From assembly GCA_963704885.1 (NCBI GenBank), contig CAVPIB010000001.1, positions 864,001 through 928,000 on the forward strand: a DNA stretch of 64,000 bases, in the 5' to 3' direction. A program made the translations under genes and the position numbers. Positions 11,345-19,813 of the stretch are shown here, piece after piece. Origin of the DNA: an uncultured Actinomycetes bacterium. GTDB taxonomy: Bacteria; Actinomycetota; UBA4738; HRBIN12. The notes below the pieces were generated by a model. The model saw only the letters and a program-made list of their open reading frames with translations. It had not been told where the DNA came from and searched no databases. Each line of letters opens with the position of its first letter. The stretch's first letter is position 1.

Positions 11345-12262
11345 GTGAGGCATCCGAACACGGTGGTTGTTGGCGCCAGCGGGTACATCGGCGGCCGGCT
11401 CGTCGATTCCCTCGTCGCCTCTGGAGCGCCCCCGCGTGTCGCCGGGCGCCGGTTGGATGTGCTCACCAAGCGCTGGCCTCTGGCCCATGCTGTCGAGCTC
11501 GACGTCTTGCGGCCCGAAACGATCGAACCCGCGATCAGAGGAGCGGACGTCGTCTACTACTTGGTGCACTCGATGGCCGAGGGTGAGGCCGGATTCGAGG
11601 AGAGGGACCGCACCGCGGCGTCCAGCTTCGCCATCGCCGCGAAGACAGCCGGCGTAGATCGCGTGGTCTACCTCGGAGGACTTGGATCTCAAGCTGACCA
11701 GCTCTCAGCGCATCTCGCGAGCCGTCACGAGACGGGTCGGACCCTCTCCGATCACGGTGCCACAGTCCTCGAGTTTCGAGCTGGGATGGTGATCGGCGCG
11801 GGGAGCGCCTCCTTCCGCATGCTCATGGATCTGGTCAAGCGCCTGCCCGTGATGGTGACGCCGCGGTGGGTTGAGACCAGATCTCAGCCGATCGCGATCG
11901 ATGACGTCGTGAGCTACCTGGAGCAAGCTCGGAGGCTCGACCTGATCGAGCAGCACACGATCGTGGAGATCGGAGGATCCGAGGTGCTTTCGTACCGGGA
12001 GATGATGCGGCGAGCAGCGGCCTTACGGGGCCGGCACCCAGCGATCATCACGGTCCCGGTCCTAACCCCTCGACTCTCTTCGCTCTGGTGCGGTCTGGTC
12101 ACATCGGTCCCGAGCTCGATCGCACGGCCGCTCATCGACGGGCTGCGGAACGAGACCGTCGTCCGTGATGATTCCGCGACTCGGCTGTTCCCCGATGTCC
12201 AACCGATGGGGTTCGATGACGCGGTGGCGGAGGCCATCCGCGAGGACGCGAAGGCGTCGTGA
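11345..12262 (+). CDS. Atypical SDR / NAD(P)H-binding protein (YbjT-like)
   Basis: GASGYIG, YYLVHSM, HLASR, QPIAIDD. Confidence 0.85.
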   Translation: MRHPNTVVVGASGYIGGRLVDSLVASGAPPRVAGRRLDVLTKRWPLAHAVELDVLRPETIEPAIRGADVVYYLVHSMAEGEAGFEERDRTAASSFAIAAKTAGVDRVVYLGGLGSQADQLSAHLASRHETGRTLSDHGATVLEFRAGMVIGAGSASFRMLMDLVKRLPVMVTPRWVETRSQPIAIDDVVSYLEQARRLDLIEQHTIVEIGGSEVLSYREMMRRAAALRGRHPAIITVPVLTPRLSSLWCGLVTSVPSSIARPLIDGLRNETVVRDDSATRLFPDVQPMGFDDAVAEAIREDAKAS

Positions 12263-12312
12263 CCCGATCTTCACCGCGAAAAGCCCGCGGACAGACCAGG
12301 ACGTCTTACGCG

Positions 12313-13545
12313 TTACCGGTTATCCGCCGCCGATACCGTGGATCGATGGCTGAAAGAGGCTCGGTCCGCTGGGCGCTCGAGGACGATCTGGCTCACGTCG
12401 ACACGGCCCATGCGGAATCCACCCTCGCAATATGAGAGGTAGTACTGCCACATCCGCCGGAATCGTTCGTCGAACCCGAGTTCGGCGATCTGGGGCCAGG
12501 CCTCGTCGAACCGGTGTCGCCAGGCGGCGAGCGTTCTCGCGTAGGACCAGCCGAATCTGGCGGCGCCGACCCATCCGAGCTCGACGGCTCGCGCCGACTG
12601 CTTGAGGATCCGCGGACTGGGTACCTGGCTTCCCGGGAATACGTAGCGGCGCACGAAGTCGGGGTTCGCATCCGACGATCCCCAGTGCCGATCGGCGACG
12701 GTGATGATCTGCAGGCCGGCCTTGCCCCCCGGCTCGAGGCGGTCGTGCACGACTCGGAAGAATCCGGGCCAGCGCGCTGAAGGGATCGACTCGATCATCT
12801 CGATCGACACGACCGCGTCGAACGACCCGGGAGTGACGAGGAAGTCTTCCAGGCGAACTTCGACCCGGTCGCTGAGACCGCGCTCGGCGATCAGCCGCTC
12901 GACCCACGCCGCCTGCTCCCTCGAAACCGTGACCGTGGTGACGTGGCAACCTAGTGCCTCTGCGGCGTAGACGGAGAACCCTCCCCAGCCAGAACCGATC
13001 TCGAGTACGCGCATCCCGGGCCGAAGACCGATGGCCTCGGCGATCCTTCGATACTTCTCGGCCTGCGCTTCTTCGAGCGTCATGTCGTCGCGAGCGAACA
13101 ACGCCGATGAATAGGTCATGGTCTCGTCGAGCCACGTCGCGAAGAACGCATTGCCGAGGTCGTAATGCTCGACGGTGGCGCTCAGCGGACCTCGCGGTGA
13201 GGTCGCACGACCTAGCGAGCGCCACACGGCCTTCGTCGCGCGATCGAATAACGCCGCCAGCCGGGGACGGTTCCCGGGTTCGAGGTGCAACGCGCCCAGC
13301 TCGATAACCGACGTGAGATCCGGCGAGTCGAACTCTCCCTCGATCCACCCGTCCGCGAGTCCGATGGCCCCGGTCCGAACCAGGCGACCGATGAGGCGGG
13401 GATCGTGAAGGTGGATCTCGGCGCGCGGCCCTGGCAGGGAGCCTTCGAAGCGGCGAGTCGTCCCGTCGGGCAACCGAACGGTCAGACTCCCGCGGCGAGT
13501 TCGGCGGCAGATGATCTCCAGGATCCTCTGATCGACGGTCCTCAT
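12313..13545 (-). CDS. Cyclopropane-fatty-acyl-phospholipid synthase family methyltransferase (UfaM-like)
   Basis: HYDLGN, MTYSSA, EIGSGWG, SIEMIE, YLSYCEGGF; ATGA overlap with the upstream gene. Confidence 0.9.
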   Translation of the reverse strand: MRTVDQRILEIICRRTRRGSLTVRLPDGTTRRFEGSLPGPRAEIHLHDPRLIGRLVRTGAIGLADGWIEGEFDSPDLTSVIELGALHLEPGNRPRLAALFDRATKAVWRSLGRATSPRGPLSATVEHYDLGNAFFATWLDETMTYSSALFARDDMTLEEAQAEKYRRIAEAIGLRPGMRVLEIGSGWGGFSVYAAEALGCHVTTVTVSREQAAWVERLIAERGLSDRVEVRLEDFLVTPGSFDAVVSIEMIESIPSARWPGFFRVVHDRLEPGGKAGLQIITVADRHWGSSDANPDFVRRYVFPGSQVPSPRILKQSARAVELGWVGAARFGWSYARTLAAWRHRFDEAWPQIAELGFDERFRRMWQYYLSYCEGGFRMGRVDVSQIVLERPADRASFSHRSTVSAADNR

Positions 13546-14333
13546 CTGATGTGCAGCGTCTCGCGCGCGGGTTCGACCGACACGAGCCGGTCCGGCGCGG
13601 GCCCGTGCCGGCGGAACGGTGCTCCCTTCAACCACAGCCGTAACGCCTCCCAGTGGATCCCTCCGAGGACCTTCAACGTCATCATCGGATGGATCGAGAA
13701 CTCGCGCCACAGGCCCCCAGCGGTCAGCTCTTTGCGCCGGGCGACGAAGGTCGCGGTGAGCAGGTGTCCGGACGGGAGGTGCTCGCGGACGAGGAGGGCC
13801 GCCCGATCGTCCGGCGGTCGCATCCGGAACTCATAGGTCGCATCCATGTCGATGAATGGAGAAACGAAGAGCTCCTTGTCGAAGTCGTGTCGGGCGTTCC
13901 CGGCGGGGTCGAGGCCATCCACCGGAAGGAGATGATGGTGCCACTGCCCGAAGGTGTTGGAGATCTCGTACAAGACCGCTCGTAGGTCGCCCCGCGGCCC
14001 GTATCCGCACCATACCGAGACGGGGTTGAACACGTATCCGAAGATCCTTGGCAGTGTGAGGATCCGCACCGGCCCTCCGTCCAGGTGGATGCCGGCCTCT
14101 TCGAGCTGTCCGTCCAGCCAGGGACGGAGCGGCGTTCCATCGCGCGGCCCGTGGTCACGGTCGTGGAACGAGAAGGGCGCCGCCCGGTTGTGGCCGAACG
14201 CCGGGATCGTCTGATCGAGGGTCTCGAGCTCATCGAGATCGAGCCAGAGGTAATAGACGCCGTACGAGAAGCGGTGCTTCACGGGTGAGAAGCGCCTATG
14301 CATGACCCTTCCCGAGTAGATGGCGCTGTTCAC
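13542..14333 (-). CDS. DUF1365 family protein (UfaO-like)
   Basis: HRRF..HRF.Y, FNPVS, EISNTFG, VSPF, IHWEALRLW. Confidence 0.9.
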   Translation of the reverse strand: MNSAIYSGRVMHRRFSPVKHRFSYGVYYLWLDLDELETLDQTIPAFGHNRAAPFSFHDRDHGPRDGTPLRPWLDGQLEEAGIHLDGGPVRILTLPRIFGYVFNPVSVWCGYGPRGDLRAVLYEISNTFGQWHHHLLPVDGLDPAGNARHDFDKELFVSPFIDMDATYEFRMRPPDDRAALLVREHLPSGHLLTATFVARRKELTAGGLWREFSIHPMMTLKVLGGIHWEALRLWLKGAPFRRHGPAPDRLVSVEPARETLHIR

Positions 14334-15628
14334 GCGGCCCGCCCTTCGATCAGCGAAGGCATGGGCTCGACGCCCCATCGCGCCGGTGTGCCCAACGCGG
14401 CCGCGACCTCCAGCCCGGCTCTCAGCCCATCCTCATGGAACCCGTAGCCGCACCATGCACCGGCGAACCAGGTGCGATGGAGTCCCTGGATCGAAGGCAT
14501 CGCCTCCTGTGCGTCGATCGCCGCGCGGTCGAACTGCGGATGTGCATAGGCGAACCGGGTGGACGACCCTGTTGGTTCCCGAAGCGGATTCAGAGTCACG
14601 AAGACCGGCCGCTGGGTCTGGAGCCCCTGCAATCTGTTCATCCAATAGGTCAGCGATACGGGTCGCGTTCGATCCGGCGTTGCGCGCCCGTCCGCCAGGT
14701 AGTTCCAGCTTGACCAGGCCGCGCGACGCTGCGGCATGAGGGTGGGATCGCGATGCAGGACCGCCTCGTTCATCGCGAACCCGAAGGCGGAGAGTAAGCC
14801 GCGCTCAGACGGTGTGGCGCTCGCGCCGAGGATCGACAGAGTCGTGTCGGCGTGCGTCGCGAAGATCACGCGATCGAACCTATCAACCCCGCCGTGCAGA
14901 TCGCGCACCAGTACCCCATCCGATCCACGTTCCACGGCCACCACGGGCGTCGAAAGGCGTGCCCGATCTCTGAAGCCCGCCGTCAGCCTGGAGACATACT
15001 CTCGGCTCCCGCCAGAAACGGTTCGCCACTGCGGCCTCGAGCTCACCTGGAGCATCGCGTGGCTGGAGAGGAACCGAACGAGTGTCGCGACCGGGAACTC
15101 GAGCATGCCATCGCGTCCCGTCGACCAGATCGCGGCCGTCATCGGGAGCAACAGATCGAGCCGGAACCCATCTGAGTAGCCGCGGCGGGCTAGATAGGAG
15201 CCGAGGGACTCTCGCGTACCAGACGTCAGGATCTCCGGCGCTTCGCGGCAGAACCGGCGGAAGTCACGCAGCATCCTCCACATCCCGGGCCGCGCGATGT
15301 TCGCCGGTTGCGCGAACAGGCTGGCTCCTCGGCTGCCGAACTCGAACCCCCCGTCACCGACGGAGACGGAGAAGGACATGTCGCTCGGCTCGGTCGGTAC
15401 ACCGAGCGCGTCGAAGAGACGAACGAGGTTCGGGTAGTTCGTCTCGTTGTACACGATGAACCCGGTGTCCACCGGGACCGCACGGCCGTCGTCTTCAACA
15501 TCGACGGTATTGGCATGACCGCCGAGCCTTCCTTCTGCCTCGTACACGACGACGTCGTGCTCGCGGTGGAGGGCCCACGCCGCGCCCATTCCCGCGATCC
15601 CACTCCCGATGACCGCGATCCTTTCCAT
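14330..15628 (-). CDS. FAD-dependent oxidoreductase / fatty-acid desaturase (UfaD-like)
   Basis: GSGIAG, GGHANT, VDTGFIVYN, SWNY, YGFHEDG. Confidence 0.9.
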   Translation of the reverse strand: MERIAVIGSGIAGMGAAWALHREHDVVVYEAEGRLGGHANTVDVEDDGRAVPVDTGFIVYNETNYPNLVRLFDALGVPTEPSDMSFSVSVGDGGFEFGSRGASLFAQPANIARPGMWRMLRDFRRFCREAPEILTSGTRESLGSYLARRGYSDGFRLDLLLPMTAAIWSTGRDGMLEFPVATLVRFLSSHAMLQVSSRPQWRTVSGGSREYVSRLTAGFRDRARLSTPVVAVERGSDGVLVRDLHGGVDRFDRVIFATHADTTLSILGASATPSERGLLSAFGFAMNEAVLHRDPTLMPQRRAAWSSWNYLADGRATPDRTRPVSLTYWMNRLQGLQTQRPVFVTLNPLREPTGSSTRFAYAHPQFDRAAIDAQEAMPSIQGLHRTWFAGAWCGYGFHEDGLRAGLEVAAALGTPARWGVEPMPSLIEGRAA

Positions 15629-15657
15629 GGACCGACCCTAACGGACACCAAAGGTAT

Positions 15658-15690
15658 TGCATGGGTTCCAGGGGTGAAACGCATAGGTTC
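15658..15690. promoter_or_regulatory. Candidate operator: two 11-mers 22 bp apart
   Basis: TGCATGGGTTC 15658-15668 and CGCATAGGTTC 15680-15690, upstream of the ufa-like operon. Confidence 0.55.
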
Positions 15691-15695
15691 ATCAC

Positions 15696-16718
15696 CTAGA
15701 GACCGGACGGCTCCTCGGCCTCGCCGGTCAGTCGCACGCACGCCTCCCAAAGGCGTTCGGCTTCGCTCGGCGTGACCTTCGTGCCCGGCAGATACTCGGT
15801 GGAACGCGGTCGGCGATCGAGCCAGAAACGCCCCGTCGTGCGCATCCCAGCCTCTGACGCCGCGAGCCAGACGATCGTATCGGCCCCCTCGTCCGCCGTA
15901 CGAAGACGGGCGCCCGCGATCCGCCTGAAGCGAGGAAGGCTCGACTCGATCCCGGGGGTGTCGGCCCACCCGGGATGCATGGCGTGAGCCACGATCCCTC
16001 GGTCCCTCAAGCGGCGGGCCCAAAGTTCGGTCAACACGACCAGGGCCCTCTTGGCCCGAGCGTAGGCGATCGATCCTCGGTACTGCTCCTTCTCCATCTG
16101 CAGGTCATCGAGGTGCAGGCCTTGCGTATACATCCCTCCCGACGCGATGTTGATCACCCGAGCCCTGCCGTCGATCGAGGCTGTTCGCTCGAGCAGCGGG
16201 ACCAGGCCGTTCGTCAGCACGAAGGGGCCGAGCGCCATAGTGGCGAACGTCATCTCGAATCCGTCGACCGATGAGCGCCGCTGCGGCAGCAGGGCGCCGG
16301 CGTTGTTGACCAACACGTCGAGCCTCGCTTCACGCTCGATGATCTGTGCGACCGCTGCTCGAACCGAGGCGAGGTCGCTCATGTCGGCCGTGTACAGACC
16401 CACGTCCGCGCCCGGCGCCCCTTTGAGGATCTGGTCTCGCGCCCCGGCCCCCTTCGTCGCATCCCGGATCAGGAGTCGCACGGCGCTCCCCATCCGGGCG
16501 AGTTGCTGCCCGGTCGCGAGACCGAGGCCGGATGTGGCGCCGGTCACCAGCACGACTCGCCCATCCATCCGCAGCTCGCTCAGGTCCTGCCAATCGAACA
16601 ACCGTTTGCGGATCATCGGACCGATATCGGTGAAGCTGAGGACCACGGTTGCCTCCAGCGCGCCGTCGATGAGAACCTTGAGGCGATGCGCGGGGGCGTC
16701 GGGGGATCCGAGATGCAT
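15696..16718 (-). CDS. Classical SDR dehydrogenase (DHRS12-like)
   Basis: TGATSGLG, NNAG, YARAK, MHPGWADT; start uncertain (16718 or 16772). Confidence 0.85.
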   Translation of the reverse strand: MHLGSPDAPAHRLKVLIDGALEATVVLSFTDIGPMIRKRLFDWQDLSELRMDGRVVLVTGATSGLGLATGQQLARMGSAVRLLIRDATKGAGARDQILKGAPGADVGLYTADMSDLASVRAAVAQIIEREARLDVLVNNAGALLPQRRSSVDGFEMTFATMALGPFVLTNGLVPLLERTASIDGRARVINIASGGMYTQGLHLDDLQMEKEQYRGSIAYARAKRALVVLTELWARRLRDRGIVAHAMHPGWADTPGIESSLPRFRRIAGARLRTADEGADTIVWLAASEAGMRTTGRFWLDRRPRSTEYLPGTKVTPSEAERLWEACVRLTGEAEEPSGL

Positions 16719-16798
16719 GGATCCCGACGCTAGCAGGCGGAGGCGGACGAGCCGCAGACGAAACCTCTCCATCGAGGATGTTCACCGGAGGAGCGGAC

Positions 16799-17239
16799 AT
16801 GGTCGTGATCCGAGAAGAGCTAGAGGTCGATGAACAGCTCGAGGACGCATTCGCGTTCGTCGGCGATTTCGCGAACTCGGTGATCTGGGACCCGGGGGTG
16901 GCGGAGTCCCGCAACGTCACTGGGGGCCCCGTACGGGTAGGAACCAGCTACGACCTTACGGTCGTGTTCGGGGAACGGCGCTTGCCGATGACGTATGAGG
17001 TCACGGTCTTCGATCCACCCAACCGCGTGGTTCTTCGCGGCACAGGCGCGACGGTGAACGCCGTGGACGACATCCGGTTCGAGCCTACGGACCGGGGAAC
17101 GCGGATCCGCTACATGGCCGATCTACGTTTGAAGGGCCTCCTGCGCGTGGTCGAGCCTTTGATGCGCCGCCGTTTCGAGGACACTGGCCGAACAGCGATG
17201 GCAGGGATGAAGCGAGCCTTCGAGACTCGGACCGGATAG
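16799..17239 (+). CDS. SRPBCC/polyketide cyclase-like lipid-binding protein
   Basis: FAFVGDF...WDPGV; GGAGGAG RBS. Confidence 0.82.
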   Translation: MVVIREELEVDEQLEDAFAFVGDFANSVIWDPGVAESRNVTGGPVRVGTSYDLTVVFGERRLPMTYEVTVFDPPNRVVLRGTGATVNAVDDIRFEPTDRGTRIRYMADLRLKGLLRVVEPLMRRRFEDTGRTAMAGMKRAFETRTG

Positions 17240-17290
17240 CCTCCCTGCAGGGACGCGGCCACTCAAGTTCGAAGAATCGCCGGACCTTCT

Positions 17291-17408
17291 GAATCCATGC
17301 AAGACGATGGGACACGAGCCATTCGCGCATAGATTCACCGCGCGTTCTTCGATCGCTATCGCTCTGTGACCTGGGGGTGAATCACCTCACTTCGCTCTAA
17401 CCTATGCA
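17291..17408. promoter_or_regulatory. Candidate operator copies upstream of DUF4397 gene
   Basis: Reverse TGCATGGATTC 17291-17301, CGCATAGATTC 17326-17336, reverse TGCATAGGTTA 17398-17408. Confidence 0.55.
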
Positions 17409-17493
17409 AATACATGCCAAGCATGGACGCTTCCGCATCGGATCAGCCAGTATCTTCCCCAGCGGACGGAAGGTCCGGATGGAGGAGGAGAAG

Positions 17494-18171
17494 ATGAGGA
17501 AGAAGCTGATCGGAGTCGCGGTAGCTGGGGCTCTCGCGATGACCGTGATAGGCACTGGTGTGTCCAGCGCTCGGGCTGAAGGTGCCACCCTGAACGTCGT
17601 GCACGGCATCCCCGGCCTGACGGTGGACGTTTGCGTGGACGGTGCCACGGCTATCCCGGACTTCGCGCCCGGCACTGTCGTCACGGGTGTCGAACTGCCG
17701 GCAGGCTCGCATGAGTTCAAGGTGGTGGCCCAAGACGGTGATTGTGCCGACGCGGGGATCCTCGTGGTCACTGCTGGTCTGAAGGCCGGCAAGGATTACA
17801 CGGCCGTGGCGAACCTCAACGCGAGTGGCGACCCTAACCTAGAGCTGTTCAAGAACAAGGTGAAGCCGGTCGCGAAGGGCACCTCTCGGCTCACCGTTCG
17901 TCACACTGCGAACGCCCCGGCAGTCAACGTCTGGGCGAACGGATCCCGCCTTATCCGTGGTAACGACTTCACCTGGGGAAAGAGCGCGACGGTCGCGGTG
18001 CCCAAGGGCATCTACGCCGCGTGGGTTTCCCTCCCCGGTGATTACACGCCCGTGATCGGGCCCGCGGTGCTCAAGCTCAAGGCCGGATTCGCCTACCAGG
18101 TGTACGCCTGGGGCGACGCCACCAGCGGCTTCGAACTCGCGGTCGTTGCGACCAAGGTCGGCACCAAGTAA
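17494..18171 (+). CDS. Secreted DUF4397-domain protein
   Basis: Signal peptide; VVHGIPG..VDV and VRHTANAPAVNV repeats. Confidence 0.8.
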   Translation: MRKKLIGVAVAGALAMTVIGTGVSSARAEGATLNVVHGIPGLTVDVCVDGATAIPDFAPGTVVTGVELPAGSHEFKVVAQDGDCADAGILVVTAGLKAGKDYTAVANLNASGDPNLELFKNKVKPVAKGTSRLTVRHTANAPAVNVWANGSRLIRGNDFTWGKSATVAVPKGIYAAWVSLPGDYTPVIGPAVLKLKAGFAYQVYAWGDATSGFELAVVATKVGTK

Positions 18172-18194
18172 GCCCCTCCCCAGCCGATCTTTGT

Positions 18195-18229
18195 GCGACC
18201 CCGCCGGCGTCCCACGCCGGCGGGGTCGC
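18195..18229 (+). terminator. GC-rich hairpin, probable terminator
   Basis: Perfect 16-bp stem GCGACCCCGCCGGCGT-ccc-ACGCCGGCGGGGTCGC. Confidence 0.65.
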
Positions 18230-18263
18230 TGTCTGTCCGACGTCGCCCAGTAAGCTCCGGCGC

Positions 18264-18953
18264 ATGGACGTCGCGGTGATCGGCGGCACGGGAGAGGAGG
18301 GCTTCGGCCTGACGCTTCGTCTGGGGCGCGCCGGCCACCATGTGATCATCGGATCGCGCGCGGCCGAGAAGGGAGCGGCGCGGGCGCAGGATGCTCGCCA
18401 GATCCTGGGCGACGACGCCAACATCGACGGCGCCACCAACGAGGAGGCCGCCGCCTCCGCCGGGGTGGTGGCGGTCACGGTCCCGTTCGCGGGTCAGGCG
18501 GACATCTATCGCGCGATCAAGCCCGCCGTGCCCGCTGGGACGATCGTCCTGGACGCGACCAGTCCGCTGGCTACGGCGGTGGGAGGTCGTGCGTGGCAGG
18601 TCGTCCGCCCCTGGCACGGTTCGGCGGCCGAGCAGGCCGACGCGATCCTCTCCCAGGGCGTGCGGATGGTCGCCGCGTTCCACACGATCGCCGGCGGCGC
18701 GCTCCAGGAGCTTGAGAACCCGCTGGACAGCGACGTGCTCGTCTGCGGAGACGACGCCGAGGCGAAGGCGATCGTCGGGTCGTTGATCCAGGACATCCCG
18801 GACCTGCGTTGGGTGGACTGCGGCGCTCTGTCCATGGCGCGCATCGTCGAGACGCTCACGGCCGTCCTGGTGTCCGTGAACCGGACCTACAAGGTGCACG
18901 ACTCCGGGTTCCGCATCGTCGGACGCGACGCATGGGGGGACCCACGCGGGTGA
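18264..18953 (+). CDS. npdG: NADPH-dependent F420 reductase
   Basis: GGTGEEG, IIGSR, GSAAEQ, AAFHT, D.G.L..AR..E. Confidence 0.85.
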   Translation: MDVAVIGGTGEEGFGLTLRLGRAGHHVIIGSRAAEKGAARAQDARQILGDDANIDGATNEEAAASAGVVAVTVPFAGQADIYRAIKPAVPAGTIVLDATSPLATAVGGRAWQVVRPWHGSAAEQADAILSQGVRMVAAFHTIAGGALQELENPLDSDVLVCGDDAEAKAIVGSLIQDIPDLRWVDCGALSMARIVETLTAVLVSVNRTYKVHDSGFRIVGRDAWGDPRG

Positions 18954-19807
18954 ACCCGGACGGCGAGCTCGTCCGGATCGACGACACAAGCCTGTTCGTG
19001 GTCGAGCGAGGGCGCGGCTACCCGATCATCGTGCTGCACGGCGGCCCCGGACTGGACCATCAGGAGTTCGCCGACTACCTGGACCCGCTCACCGACACCT
19101 ACCGGTTGCTCCTGGTCGACCAACGCGCGAACGGCAGGTCCGAAAAGGCGCCCGAGGCGACGTGGACGCTCGAGCGCATGGCGCAGGACGTGATCATGCT
19201 GGCGCGCGCGCTGGGGCTGGATCGATACGCGGTTCTCGGCCACTCCTACGGCGCTTTCGTGGCGCTGCAGAACGCCGTGGATTACCCGGGCATGGCCACG
19301 CAGACCATAGTGAGCGGCGGCGTCGCGTCCATGAAGCACCTCGAGGCCGTCGAGCACAACCTCAACACGTTCGAACCGGTCGAGCTCCGCGAACAGGTCA
19401 TCGCGTCGTGGGCGCGCGAACCCAGCGTGCAGACCCAGGAGGAGTTCGCGCAGCTCATGGCCGACCAGTTCCCGTTCCACTTCGCGGATCCGCGCGACCC
19501 GCGGATCGCCGATTACCTTGAGCGCACGAAGGACACCGTCTACGCGCCGGACGTCCTGCGGGCCTTCGCCGCCAGCGGCTATGGAGGCATCGAGGTCGAG
19601 GATCGCCTGGCCGAGATCACACAGCCCGTCCTGGTCGCCACCGGCCGGCACGATCGCACCTGCACGGTGGAAGCGGCAAAGGCCATCGCCGCCGGCATCT
19701 CCGACGCCGAGCTGGCCGTCTTCGAGCGGAGCGGCCACATGACGTTCGTCGAAGAGCAGGATCGCTACGTCGACGTCGTCCGGGACTTCCTGGGTCGGAC
19801 CGGCTGA
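18950..19807 (+). CDS. Alpha/beta hydrolase (proline iminopeptidase-like)
   Basis: HGGPG, GHSYG nucleophile, D...SGH. Confidence 0.85.
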   Translation: MNPDGELVRIDDTSLFVVERGRGYPIIVLHGGPGLDHQEFADYLDPLTDTYRLLLVDQRANGRSEKAPEATWTLERMAQDVIMLARALGLDRYAVLGHSYGAFVALQNAVDYPGMATQTIVSGGVASMKHLEAVEHNLNTFEPVELREQVIASWAREPSVQTQEEFAQLMADQFPFHFADPRDPRIADYLERTKDTVYAPDVLRAFAASGYGGIEVEDRLAEITQPVLVATGRHDRTCTVEAAKAIAAGISDAELAVFERSGHMTFVEEQDRYVDVVRDFLGRTG

Positions 19808-19813
19808 AGCGAG

